DNA from: Eledone cirrhosa
Lineage: Eukaryota
Length of the DNA: 64,000 nt
Direction of reading: 5' to 3'
Assembly: GCA_964016885.1 (NCBI GenBank)
Contig: OZ024741.1
Coordinates: forward strand, 362,390,001 to 362,454,000
The notes beneath the pieces were generated by a model. It worked only from the letters and a program-made list of their open reading frames with translations, was not told where the DNA came from and did not search any database. Positions 1 through 12,419 of this stretch are shown here, piece after piece (positions within the stretch are counted from its first letter, which is position 1; each line of letters begins with the position of its first letter). The position numbers were made by a program, and so were the translations under genes.

Positions 1-439
1 CGACGCTGTTGGACGGCATGGACTTGCCTCTCCAGGTGCCGAGTTGCAAGCCCACTGACTTTTCCGGGTTAAGTTTTGCTCCCGTCAACCTTTCATAGTC
101 CTCCAATAAGTAGCCGACTACCTCGATTTTTGAGGTGTCCGACACCATCACGGTGATGTCATCCGCATAAGCCGACACAGCCTTTCCGCGTCCCGGTTCG
201 AGCGGGATGCCCTGCAACAGCTCCAGCTTCCGCAGTAAAGGCTCGAGAGTCAATACGTACAGAAGGGAGGAGAGAGGACACCCTTGACGGACCGATCGGG
301 AGATCTGAAATGATTCCGAGAGGTGGCCATTAATTTTGACCACTGAGCAGATGCCTCTGTGCATTGCAGCGATCCAGCTTCTGAAGACGGGGCCGAAGCC
401 AGCCGCCTTGAGGACAGCCTCCAGGTACCGATGGTCGAC

Positions 440-440
<1 letters not shown>
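1..440 (-). mobile_element. Tx1/L1-clade non-LTR retrotransposon RT fragment
   Basis: Minus strand reads VDHRYLEAVLKAAGFGP..SVRQGCPLSSLLYVLTLEPLL..VSAYADDITV..GAKLNPEKSVGLQLG; same family as 2370-2450; ends at a (TA)n(GA)n tract. Confidence 0.9.
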
Positions 441-441
<1 letters not shown>

Positions 442-535
<94 letters not shown>

Positions 536-538
536 AGA

Positions 539-570
<32 letters not shown>
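442..570. repeat. Compound (TA)n/(GA)n microsatellite
   Basis: Seen directly; many similar TA, GA, CA and TATG tracts occur throughout (e.g. 19740-19815, 20880-20977, 21295-21436, 23803-23915, 56102-56260). Confidence 0.95.
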
Positions 571-574
<4 letters not shown>

Positions 575-778
575 TCATTTCAGTTTGGTGGTTCACCACT
601 GTATAGAACTGGTCATTCAGTATAATTAATCATGATATAATAGTAGGAAAAGCACTCGACGTTACGCAACTCATCCATTTTTTTATGTTGAATCCTGTTG
701 TTGGTGCCGGAATGGAGTTAATTATTATTGAGTAAAATGACAGACCAGACACGTGAAATTCCTTCAAATTTTTATTTC

Positions 779-838
779 TGCAAACACTATGTGCAGGTTA
801 CGAGGGATCCTGTTGACATCATCAGGTGTGTATTGCAT
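779..838 (-). ncRNA. Degenerate type I hammerhead ribozyme relic
   Basis: Minus strand tgcaatacacac-CTGATGA-..-GTAA-cctgcaca-TA-gtgtttgca; stem I pairs, but GAAA is mutated to GTAA and stem II has decayed. Confidence 0.4.
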
Positions 839-950
839 AATAGTTATATAATGAAGGAATAATGGTAAGCACATTCCAAGAATCTATAAGGAGAAAAAGC
901 ATAGAAAAAATGTTTTTGACTCGAAGGCGATCATGTGGGCCAGTTGTCGA

Positions 951-3900
951 TACTACTACTAATAATAATAATAATAAAGATTTCATTTATTGGCCACAAG
1001 AGCTGACATATAGGGGACAATACAACAGACTGGGACAGTGGGGGTTTACATATACAACGTGTAAACAATAATAACAATAACAAAATAACAAGAAAAATTC
1101 CCCAATAGAGGGGATGACCACCCAGGGTTCACTCAGGTACCCCACCAATCCTGAACGACCCGACACTTCAAGAGCACCCGGGAAGGGCACCCCTCTCTTC
1201 CTCAAATTCACCCACCTACAGGCGCATGATCAGAGTAGGCCCACTCACACGGGCCATTCTCACCACATTCAGCCACCTTTCAGCAAATTTACTGGGGGGG
1301 GGGGGCATTTCTCTCTCCACCCTCACCTTCCTTTCCAAGTGAAACTTGAAAAAGCTGATGAGGGATTGGCCGAAGAGAAAAGTGTCTGTCTTCAGTCCTT
1401 TCAACCTCGTCCACCATACAACTTTGCCTGCCCTTCCTGGCCAAAAGAAAGCGGCAGGTCGATCTTCACTATGGACTCGGCCGATAGCCGGATCCGTTCT
1501 ACACGCGACAACAGCTGTTCAACATAAATCCACAAGTCAATAATGACGGACACTGGACGAGTGCGTGCAGAACGATTTCGTCGCTCTGCACGCATCTCGG
1601 ACAGGTCCGTCTGACAGCACTTCCGTGCATGTAGAGTTTATCTCGAACCGGCAGTGCCCCTCGGTAGCACTGCCAAGCGAGGTATTTTTGGAAATTATCC
1701 ATCGTCCCCGGCTCGAAAGTTCTCTGGAACAGACTGATTAGTTCAACTTCGTCGACACCCAGAGCCTCTCCGAGTGCGTCGTCGCCCTTGCCCACCACTA
1801 ATCATCTATAGAATTCTAGAGTCGAAGTTCCACTGACCGTATTGCCCACCTGGTAGAGGGAAGTGAGTGCCTGGCAGCATTCCAGATGCCAGTCACCCAG
1901 TCTTGGTCCCTTCTTGACCCAGGACTGCAGCTCAGTAAAAGAGACGAGCTGCGGAAAGGCCCGTCTGACAAACGGTGACCACACCTGTTCCCCGTTTAGG
2001 CAGAATATCTGGAGATGCCGCAGCCTCAGCGCATCTCTGCGCATCATTAGCCACGGCATACCCAGCCTTCCACGTACAGGGTGCTGGCAGCAGATGGACC
2101 ACCTCACCAACAGAACCTGACCCCTCCACAAGAATTTGAAGAGGAGCCGCTCCAAATTGGCGAGGCGCGAACGGAGGCAAGGGACGACGGTCAGGCGGTA
2201 GTAGATGACGGACATGATGTACGCGTTCGCCACCTCCGCCCGACCTTTCAGTAATAGCTTCTTCGCAGCCCGTTTCAGGGTGAGACTGGCTACTCTGCCC
2301 GTCACCTCGTCCCAATTCTTATCCACCTAGAGGTCTGGTCCGAACCAAACCCCGAGCCATTTTAAACCATAAGCCTTCGCAGCCTTTCCGCGTCCTGGTT
2401 CGAGCGGGATGCCCTGCAACAGCTCCAGCTCCCGCAGCAAAGGCTCGAGTAAAACTCTGTGTTGAGCTGAGTTATGGGCCTGAAATTGTCTAATGTGTCC
2501 CTCTTGTTCTCGTCTTTCCTTATCAGCGTCACTACGCCCCGGCTCACAGAACTGGGAATACTCCCCTTCTGCTGCCAGTTGCAGTAGAGCGCTTCGAGTA
2601 GATGGGAGAACAAGTCTGGCATATTTACGTAAAAAGCGTAAGGCAGACCATCCAAACTGGGTGACTTGCGTCTCATACAGCCGACAAGGACATCCTAAAT
2701 CTCGGCTGAAGTAATCGGCCTTTCACAGCGCTCAGCGTCGGCCGTCGAGAGTTGCGGCAAGCCATCGAGGTAGGGACTGAAGTCCGCCACCGTCTCTGAC
2801 CCGCCACTTCCCCCGAACAACCGAGCAAAATGTTGGCAAAAGGCCTCACACATCTGCTTGGAATCGCTCAGCTCGTGTTCGTCTCGGTCCGTCAAAGATT
2901 GAATCTTGGTTTTATTACCACGCTGCACCTCTACCACGCGGGCCCATCGAACAGCTTTGGTTCCCTCGTTTCTCAAAGCACGCACCTTAGCTCTGACAAT
3001 GCAACCTTTGTGTTTCGCATTGAAGAAATGATCTAATGCCATTCTCGCCACTAGCACGTCAGTTGCAATGCCACTACAAATAGTCTCGTCTAACTTATCT
3101 ACCAGCTGCCCCTCCTTTCTATTTTTCTCTAACGCTACTTCTTTGCTAAACCCTATCGACATTACTCTAATCTCTCTTTTGAGAGCCCCCCACCATCTAT
3201 TGTTGACGACTCCCTGTCAATTTTTTCTTAACTAAATTGTTGACCCTGTAAGCCTTACGTTCCGGAAACGACTTGTTCAGCTTCCGGTAACCAGGTCCTA
3301 ACCTACGCGTCTTATCTAGATGGACCATACAAATCACAAACTTGTGGTCTGTGTAGGTGACCGTATGGAATTGTGGACACCCTATACTGTCCTTATCCAC
3401 TAATCTAATTAGAAACTTATCTAAGTACGATCTAGATATCCCTAAACGATTTGTCCAGGTCCACACTGGCGCATTAGGGAAATCTAGTCGGTACTTGTCA
3501 GACAGTTGGTACTGGCTGATCAGGTGCTTGAGTCTTTTGCACACACCCCCCGCTCATATCGATTACACCCACACAGTCACAGCGTGCGTCTAAGATGCCG
3601 TTCCAGTCCCCCGCTAGCAGTAAAGGGCGAGACGTACCCAGAAAGGCTTCCAGGCGTCTAAAGAATCCGGCCGTCCTGCCCCGATAGGGGCGTCGACTGC
3701 CATCAGTCTAAAGGCACCACCTTCGTTACTGTTCACGTCCAGGACCACCAACTTACCGTCCGGGTCCCGGAAGATCGACCTTACCTCGAGATCCAGGCTT
3801 TTCCTAAACAGCACTGCCACCCAACCTCCGAGTCCCGGCCGACTAACAGATGCGAAGATCTGATAGTCGTCGAAAATGTGCGCGTGTCGGAAATCCTGGT

Positions 3901-5335
3901 CTCACTCACGGCAATTACATCCATTTCTAGAGACCTGAGGTCGTTGAGCAGGTGATCCTGCTTCCAGGACGATCCCAGGCCTCGAACATTTAAACATGCT
4001 ACTCTTAATATGGCCATATTGGCAGGCTAAAAGAGAGAGGAAAGGTTTACTTACCTCTCGGGCTCTTGTGAAGGTCGGGTGGTTCGACCTCCATAGTTGG
4101 TGGGGTTTCTTTGGGGAACCCCTTTAAAAGCCTACTTGAAGCTTTTACACTGGATGTTCCCACGTCGTTGGTGAAGCCCTCCCTAATTGTTTTATAATTG
4201 CTTTTGTGGCACCTTGAATGTGCAGGTGTTAAACGCCTCCTCCTCTTTCTCTATTTCCTTACTTGGTGTTATGAGGTTCAGTAGTTTTGTGTTCAATTTC
4301 CTCACTAACACGAAGTTAGGTGTTGTTGTGGTTGTAAGTTATTGCTGTGTGTATTTTCTTCTAGTTGTTTGTGTTAGTGGTAGTGTTGTTGGTGGAGATG
4401 GTGTTTGTGTTGACGGTTGTGTTTTTGCGGGGGAGGGTGTTGTAGTATGTGTGTCTGTGTTTGGTGCGAATGTCTTTTTTGTTTGCTGTTTGTGTTGGTG
4501 TGAGATTTCTTCTTGTGTTTTCTTTTTTGTCTTTTTGGCTTTTGGTGTTCCTCCTCATCTTCGCTTAGTGAGGAAGAGGTTTCTGTGTTTGTATCAGATG
4601 TAAGTGGCAGTGCCTGTATGGGTGGGTGTGTTTCAATGTGTGTGTGTGTGTTCGAGAGGGAGGGAGCGGGAGAGCTTCTTTGGAGTGGCCCCTTGGTGGT
4701 CTTGGTTGTCTTTGCAGTTGTTGGTTCTGCTGGTGTTGCTGCTGCAGATGTTGTTGTTGGTGTTGTTATTTCGCGATGAGGCCCCGGCGTCGGCAGCAGC
4801 GGAGGCTTTTGACTCCTTGCATTTTTCAACAGCTGAAGGCTCGCAAGTCTGTTTTTTCGCCGCAACTGAAACAGTGCAGCCTTTTGCCCTCAGCCATCAC
4901 TTGGAGGCGGATCTGCTCCGGGATTTTCTTTATTTCTTCAGGTTTGATCTGGAGAGGTATCTACAGATCAACCTCGAACCAGTCCTCTCTTCCTGTCCTG
5001 GTTACATCTATTGGGACGGCATCTGACCCCTCCACAATCACGCATCCCAAGAGCCACCACATATCTAGTCCAGGTGGAATCCTGGGAATGCAGACTCTAA
5101 TTGTTCTTTTTCCCATGTGGGAAGGGTACATAATAACCTTGCTCGGTTTGCAAGGGATCGTCGAATGCTTCAAAGCGAGGGCCTCCGACATAAACAGCAC
5201 CGAGATGGTGCTGTATTGTTAACTCCTCGCTACGTACTCTGTATCTCCTCTGATGCACCTCAACGCATCCATGACGTCTGCTTGGGAGAGTTTGTGGCTC
5301 TTTTCGTCTCAGCCGAGATGCATCTGAAAACATAG
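951..5335 (-). mobile_element. Near full-length decayed Tx1/L1-clade LINE (ORF1 remnant, APE endonuclease, RT with internal deletions, C-terminus, 3'UTR)
   Basis: EN start MAILRVACLNVRGLG..DVIAVSETR at 4017; TDHK motif; KSPSLDGLPY..NFRPITQLN; C-terminal CPRC..HALVQC; AATAAA followed by a (TTA)n tail at ~951-992; many stops and frameshifts. Confidence 0.9.
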
Positions 5336-5344
5336 ACACTAAAG

Positions 5345-7895
5345 ATAGATTGAAAATAAAATACAAAACTAGGGGAAAAGAGCTAAATGTTATCATAGAG
5401 GAACTGAAGCAACGCATTGTAGCAAAAAGTGCAAAGATTAAGCGATATGAGAACAGAGTTAGTCAGTATAGACAGAACCGCATGTTTGACAACAGCCAGA
5501 CGATGTTTGAACAGCTTGAAGGGAAAGAAAGAGGCAACGACGTGATCCCTGAGGCGGAACAGACTAAGACATTCTGGAGAGGAATATGGGAGCAGGATGT
5601 TGAACATAATAGTCAGGCAGTGTGGATTGAGACAGTTCAAAAGAAGATTAGTGAACAAGCATACCAACAACCTGATTTGAGTATCACAGTTGAAACTCTG
5701 AAAAGGAACTGGAAATCACCAGGCCCATATGGTGTGCAGGGGTATTGGATTAAATATATAACATCCCTCCACCCAAAACTGACAACCATGTTCAATGACT
5801 GCCTGATGTCAGGTGAAGTACCAGAGTGGTTGACAAAAGGTACCACAGTTCTGGTAATGTAAGACCGAATCAAGGGTAATGATGTTACCAACTATAGGCC
5901 TATCACATGTCCGTCCATAACGTGGAAACTGTTAACACGGATTGTGTCTGAGGAAATCTACTATCACCTCCACATAAACAACTTGTTACCGGACGAACAG
6001 AAAGGATGCCGAAAGAAGTGCCGTGGTACAAAAGACCAGTTACTTGTTGATAAGATGGTAATGAGGAATTGCAAGAGGAGGCACACTGGTCTTGCCATGG
6101 GATGGATAGATTACAAAAAGGCATTCGACATGGTACCCCATTCTTGGATAACCAAAAGCCTAGAGATCTTCAAGGTGGCAGATAACATCAGACAGCTATT
6201 AAGTAAAAGTATGAAGTCCTGGAAAACAGAGTTAACATCAGGTGGAGAATCCTTGGGGGGCGTGAAGATCAAGAGAGGTATCTTCCAGGGAGATAGTTTG
6301 TCCCCTTTGTTGTTTGTCCTTACCCTGATACCTCTGTCCGTCATACTGCGAAAAGTGAGAGCAGGATACAAGTTGGGAAGAGGAGAGCTTACCATCAACC
6401 ACCTCCTCTTCGTGGACGATCTTAAACTTTTTGGGAAGAGTGAGAAGGAGTTCGATATACTTGTTGACACTGTCCGTATTTTCAGCAATGATATATGTAT
6501 GGAATTTGGTGTTAATAAGTGTGGAGTCCTAGTGATGAAGAGGGATAATTTGAGCAGAAGCAATGGAATCCAGGTGTCAACAGGTGAGATGATAAAGGAA
6601 ATTGACACTGAAGAAGGATACAAATATTTAGGTGTTCTGGAGACAGATGACATCAAGAACAAAAAAAAATGAATGAATTGATAAAATCTGAATACATAAG
6701 GAGAGTAAGGAACAAACTAAATAGTAGGACTGTTATAAGTGCAGTAAATTCCCGAGCTGTGTCTATTATTAGGTATAGTGCGGGAATTCTGAAATGGAAT
6801 GTTGCTGAACAAAAAGAAATGGATAGGAAGACTAGGAAGCTAATGACTATCTACAACATGTTCCACAAGAGGAGTGATGGTGATAGACTCTACTTAAAGA
6901 GATCTGAAGGTGGAAGAGGTCTTATTAGCATAGAGGACTGTGTTCAGATGGAGAAATATGTATGCACAAATATGTATGGACCCAATGCTCAAAATTGTAC
7001 TGAAGGAGAAGATAATAGACCAGGGGATGTCCAAGGATGAAATACAAACAAGGAGGAAGAGCAACTTTCAGGAAAAATCCCTTCATAGCATTCTTTAAGA
7101 AAACGAAATTTAGAGATCCACAGACATGGAACTGGTTAAAAAGAGGAGACCTTAAAAAAGCTACAGAAGGAATGCTAATGGCTGCGCATTACGAAGTGGG
7201 TGAAACACCATATTGACAAGGAGGGGGCTAGCTCACTGTGTAGGATCTGTGGAGAGAGAGAGGAGACTCTGGCTCCCATTGTATCCGAGTGTAAACACCT
7301 AGCCCAGACTCACTATAAAGGCTGGAGACATATGATAGGCAGGGTGATCCACTGGCACCTATGCAAACTAAACAATTTACCACATTCTGAGAAGTGGTAT
7401 GAGCATAAGCCAGAGTCGGTGATAGAAAACGATCAGGTGAAGGTGCTATGGGATTTTAGGATACAGACGGCCAAGAAATTAAAACACAATAGGTCTGACC
7501 TGGTGGTTTTGGATAAGGAAAAAAGATTGTGCCTGATTGTAGATGTAGCCTGCCCATTTGACACGAGATTACAAGAAAAGGAGAGGGAGAAAATTAACCG
7601 ATACCAGGACTTAAAGTGGGAGGTAAAAAGGATTTGGAACTGCCATGAAATCAGTGTCGTCCCGATTGTCATAGGCGCACTAGGTACTATCTCAAAGAGT
7701 TTCCAAGGATGGTTAAAGAAGATTAGTCCAGCCCCGTTTTTTTGGAACACTTCAAAAGGCATGCTTGCTGGCAACAGCAAGAACCCTCCGATACGTCCTG
7801 AATGTCTGAGGCTGCAGGTAGCGGCTTGATATTCATTTCAACAAACTTTCCAGTTAACTAACATCAATGACTGAGACTCAAAGAATAATAAAAAC
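5345..7895 (+). mobile_element. R4/Dong-like non-LTR retrotransposon with RT and restriction-like endonuclease, 5'-truncated and decayed
   Basis: EQKGC, IDYKKAFDMVPH, GIFQGDSLSP, HLLFVDDL; zinc knuckle CRICGEREET..C; RLE motifs LWDF..NRSDLV..IVDVACP..EK..RY..VPIVIGALG. Confidence 0.88.
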
Positions 7896-7919
7896 GAAAT
7901 TATTGTGTACAGTGCTCAG

Positions 7920-8270
7920 GTGCACTACAACTCATCAAAGGTGGATGTATAGTACATAGAATAATGTACAAATGTCAGGAAAATGACCAGTATCCGAGTC
8001 ATGAAATACATGCGTGCGTGTGTATGGAGGGGGGGGGGTACATCAGGTGTAGTGTTGGCGAATCTCAGGAAGCATGGAGGTTTTAAAGGATGCAGTGTCT
8101 CAACAGCTAACAACTGATGCAGGTAGTTTGTTCCATGCTTCAGCAACTCTGAGCGTGACAAAATGTTTCCGGAAGTCATGGGAACTGTGCTGTTTTCTGA
8201 CTTTGTAGGCATGTCCACGTGTGTTAGACACATGGAAATCAAAAAGGTACTCAGGGTTGTTGTTGGCAAT
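7920..8270 (-). mobile_element. CR1/L2-like LINE 3' end
   Basis: A minus frame reads NTRGHAYKVRKQHSSHDFRKHFVTLRVAEAWNKLPASVV, the typical CR1-group ORF2 terminus. Confidence 0.75.
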
Positions 8271-8408
8271 AATTATATATCAATAATTATATATATATAT
8301 ATATGGGGGGGGGGGTATAAAAGCATATTTTGTATGTTTATATACAGATCGAGAAGGCCAGATGGAAATACACACAATGACATGTTCCCGTACACACACA
8401 CATACACG

Positions 8409-8448
<40 letters not shown>

Positions 8449-9204
8449 AACATTTACATATACACTTATATGCATATATATGCATATATATATGCATATA
8501 ACATGATTATATATAAATATATAGATACTTATTACACTTAATTATGATGTTATTTATGGTACAATTGTTTCTCTGGCTGTCTATTTCAGATTTTCAAAGA
8601 GACAGTTACCAGATCAGCAGGATTTTATTTTATTTTTTTTAATGATTTTGTTCTTTTCATTCAAACGAGAACGTGTTTCACGAGAGAAGCCATTTTACAC
8701 TCCATATGTTTTCAGCCAGCCCAGGTCTCAATCCCGCTAAAACGACCCATATGCTAGCAGCACTAACGTCTCTCTTTGACTGACTTTTCTGCCTTGCTGC
8801 TTTTTTTCCTCCGCCATCTTTACCGGGAAGTTCTGCAGCGAAAACCGTACATTGCCATTTATTATTTTGTATGGCCTATTTTCGTTTTGGCGCAAAACGC
8901 ATCAAATTAATGAGACACCGCCATGACTTTTAGGTATATAAATTGTGCCAATAGCTATCTCCGTCTCATTTAGTTGTAGATTTTGATAGCAGCAGTGTTG
9001 TTTGTGGTCTTTGGCCGCCACTGTTGGTACACACCAGTTGACGACAGCCTATCACTGCTATCTTTTGCATTTTAGACATATTACAATCGTTTCTCTGGCG
9101 ACCAGCTAGAGGCACGATCGATGCGATGATCGAACCTGATTCTGAAATCGCAAGATCCTCAGATACGTCTCGATTTTTCGAAGCAGAGTTTCCATATATA
9201 TATT

Positions 9205-9847
9205 TCCTGCTTTCTTTGTATTCCCACTCCATTTTAAGTTACCTTAAATAGCAACTACACAGCCATTTCTATCCTCCATATATTTCATCATGTTTTTCGT
9301 TGTGACCATTCTTCTCTCTCCTTCTACCTACCTATTTCGCTACTTTCTACTCTCACCCCTCTTTCTTCCCCTCCCTTTCTCCCTATCTAGTCTTACCCCC
9401 ACTTTCTTCCTCTCCCTTGCTCCCTCTCCCTGTCACTGTTTAGCAGTTCTCTTCTCACTTACAACTGCGGCGATCGGATGTGTCTTTCTCCTCTCGACCA
9501 CTCAGTCTTCAACTTAAGTTCTCTTATCGAGTGGTCTTGGATCTCCTACCTATAGTTGCTCGCACTTTGCTCGGTTTGTTGTTGTTTTTCGCTGTTTTGT
9601 TAATGTTTTCTCTTTTCTTCCCCTTTGCTTTCCTTCCCTCCTTCCTTCGTTTTCGCAATAACTTATCCAGTTATTGACGCCCTGGGGCGAGGTATATTGT
9701 CTTTAAAGCGTAGAAATATACGAGACCCTCAGTAGACAACTGATGAGGACCCCCCCCCCCCCCGTTCTTGCTTTCTTCGTATTCCCACTGCATTTTAAGT
9801 TACCATAAATAGCAACTACAAACCCATTTCTATTCTCCATATATTTC

Positions 9848-9850
<3 letters not shown>
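9205..9850. repeat. Repeat unit bounded by ~85-bp direct repeats (9205-9289 and 9766-9850), possibly a Penelope pLTR tandem
   Basis: ttcccact.cattttaagttacc.taaatagcaactaca..ccatttctat..tccatatatttcat occurs twice; the interior resembles 55580-55860. Confidence 0.55.
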
Positions 9851-9881
<31 letters not shown>

Positions 9882-10189
9882 AATAAAAAAGAAAACGCAA
9901 TGAATTACTGCAATATTACCAATTCTCTGTAACAAAACGTACGTCCTAGTAAATAACAAAATTCATAAACAAGGCCGTGTAGCTCTTATACATATTGTGA
10001 TAATTGTATCACGTTTTAATTGCTCAATCTTCGATGTACCAGCGAGTGAATTTTACTATTATAAAATAAATGTTGTCAACAACATCACAATTCTTCATCA
10101 TTCTTTTTATCATTCATCCTGCGAATACATCTTAACAGTTACATGGACCTGATCCGATCACTACATACACACACACATATATATATATA

Positions 10190-11067
10190 CTAGCAGAATG
10201 GCCCGGCGTTACTCGGGATATGCTGTAGGGTTCTTATATATTTGAAATAAATACGTTTATTTATATTTTGTTATTGTGTATGCAAAAATATCTGTACACG
10301 AATATATAATTATATATATATCTATATATCTATCTAAAACAGATAATGTCTGTCTGTCTGTCAGCTCACTAAAAATTGAGAACCACCCAACTGATTGTTT
10401 TCAAACTTTACACATGTAATACTTATGGTCTTGTGAGTGTTTTAGACAAAGAATATTTCAAATTTTCAAGGCCCTAGGGACCGCAATAGGCGATTTAGCG
10501 ATCTCTCTCTATAATACTTAGTCTTTCTTTTTAGATAGATACATAGATATAACGTTGCGCCCTTATAATATCTGTCTGTATGTCTGGCTGTCTGCATTAC
10601 GTCATGATGACGCGATCAGTGTGTGTGACATCAAGACATATAGCTTTCCTTCCCATCTTCCAGCGTCTCTCTCTCTCTCTCTCTCTCCCGCTATCCCCCT
10701 CTTTTAGTCTGTCTGTTTCTTTCACTCTCACTCTTTCTCTTTATAACTCACATACATTAATATTAAAGGGTTAAGGTATTGTTCTCAAAATAAATAATAT
10801 TAAATCTATGAGATTTTTATATTATGTGAGATAAAGCATTTACCATGAAAATAATAGAGTATATATAGAGTAATGTAAATGCTAAAGGGTTAATTCCATC
10901 AGACCATGTGAGAGAGTTTATAATCACTCACGCACACATACACACTCACGCATGCAAACGCACACAAACTCACACACACACGCGCGCACGTATACACACA
11001 CGCAATAGTTATTCCACTGTCATGTATCTTTGACGCATACAACTCTCAAAAGACGGCGTCTGTCACA

Positions 11068-11108
<41 letters not shown>

Positions 11109-11459
11109 GCTATCCCCCTCTTTTAGTCTGTCTGTTTCTTTCACTCTCACTCTCTCACTCTGTAACTCTTTCACATTTCCCCCCTCTATCGAAAAACGCT
11201 GTGACGAATGGGGAGAAGGGGGAGGAGGAGTAGAGAGCCACTTCTTCACTTCGCCTCTCCGTTTCTTTCTCTCCCCTCTCACTCCCTCATTATGTACAGA
11301 CATTGGCCACTTCACTAATTCGATCCCTAGGTCAGAATAATTGGAAATTGTTTTTGCTCAAAACACTTCCGGGGCCATACGGGTTACATGTGTAAAGTTT
11401 GAAAAAAAACAATTGGGTACTTCTTGAGTTTTAGGGAAACAGACACACAGACAGACATC

Positions 11460-11470
<11 letters not shown>
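10190..11470 (-). mobile_element. Composite non-autonomous Helitron-like element(s)
   Basis: Minus-strand 3' end CCCGAGTAACGCCGGG hairpin then CTAG|T at 10190; 10340-10615 is an inverted copy of 20611-20880. Confidence 0.65.
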
Positions 11471-11508
<38 letters not shown>

Positions 11509-11517
<9 letters not shown>

Positions 11518-11760
11518 ATATTAAATAAATGGAAACTATATTTATAAAACCATATTTATTCTATTATATATATTTCAAGGGTACCAAAATTTTGGTACCC
11601 TTAAAATATATATAATAGAATAAATATGATTTTATAAATATAGTTTCCATTTATTTAATATTATTGTATATTATACTCCAGAAAACTTGTAGAGTGCTCT
11701 GAATCAGTTATAAACATTTATTTGAATTATCAACAAATTAAATATCCCTTCTGCTTATAT
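11509..11760. repeat. Fold-back palindrome (2 x 81 bp) derived from a hammerhead-bearing pLTR
   Basis: 11509-11589 is the reverse complement of 11590-11670 with 3 mismatches; 11577-11760 matches 26660-26850. Confidence 0.9.
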
Positions 11761-11842
11761 ATATATATATATATATATATACTCGTGTAAAAGTCCTATT
11801 TTTATATATATACACCTTATATACTCGTGTAAAAGTCCTATT

Positions 11843-12085
11843 AAAACGCTGGAAGGTGCTAGCAGCATTCCTTAACCCGAAAGGCATGGTGAGAAATTCG
11901 AAAGACCCAAATGGCGTAGTTATAGCCGTTTTCGGGATGTCGTCTCTATTGACAGGAATTTGGTTATAGGCTCGAATCAAATCGAGCTTTGAAAAAATGT
12001 TGCAACCTTGCAACGAGGATGCAAAAGCCTGCAAGTGAGAGATAGGATACCGATCCGGTACGGTCATCGAGTTCAATCTTCTATA
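11843..12085 (-). mobile_element. Ty3/Gypsy reverse transcriptase fragment
   Basis: [53 protein letters not shown]. Confidence 0.9.
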
Positions 12086-12294
12086 ACGCATAGATACAAA
12101 TTATAAACCAGCCGTATGAATAAATGAGTACAAATATAAAAGCGGCTGCGAAGCAACAGAATATATCTGGAGTTGAAAACGCAAGTGACATGTGGTAACA
12201 AGTAGTGAAAGAAAATGGGGAAGTAAAATGTGGAATTGTAAAGATATTAGGTAAGTGAATCAAAAAGTAGGGGGGGTCACTGGTAGATGAGAAG

Positions 12295-12419
12295 TAAAAA
12301 TAAAAATAAAAATAAAAATAAAAATAAAAATAAAATTAAAAATAAAAATAAAAATAAAAATAAAAATAAAAATAAAAATAAAAATAAAAATAAAAATAAA
12401 AATAAAGTTAAAAATAAAT
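12295..12419. repeat. (TAAAAA)n hexamer tract
   Basis: Seen directly. Confidence 0.9.

Noticed and set aside
330-629. ORFs rich in YI, ER, HT, CV or LS repeats here and throughout the ORF track
   Set aside because: These are translations of microsatellites.
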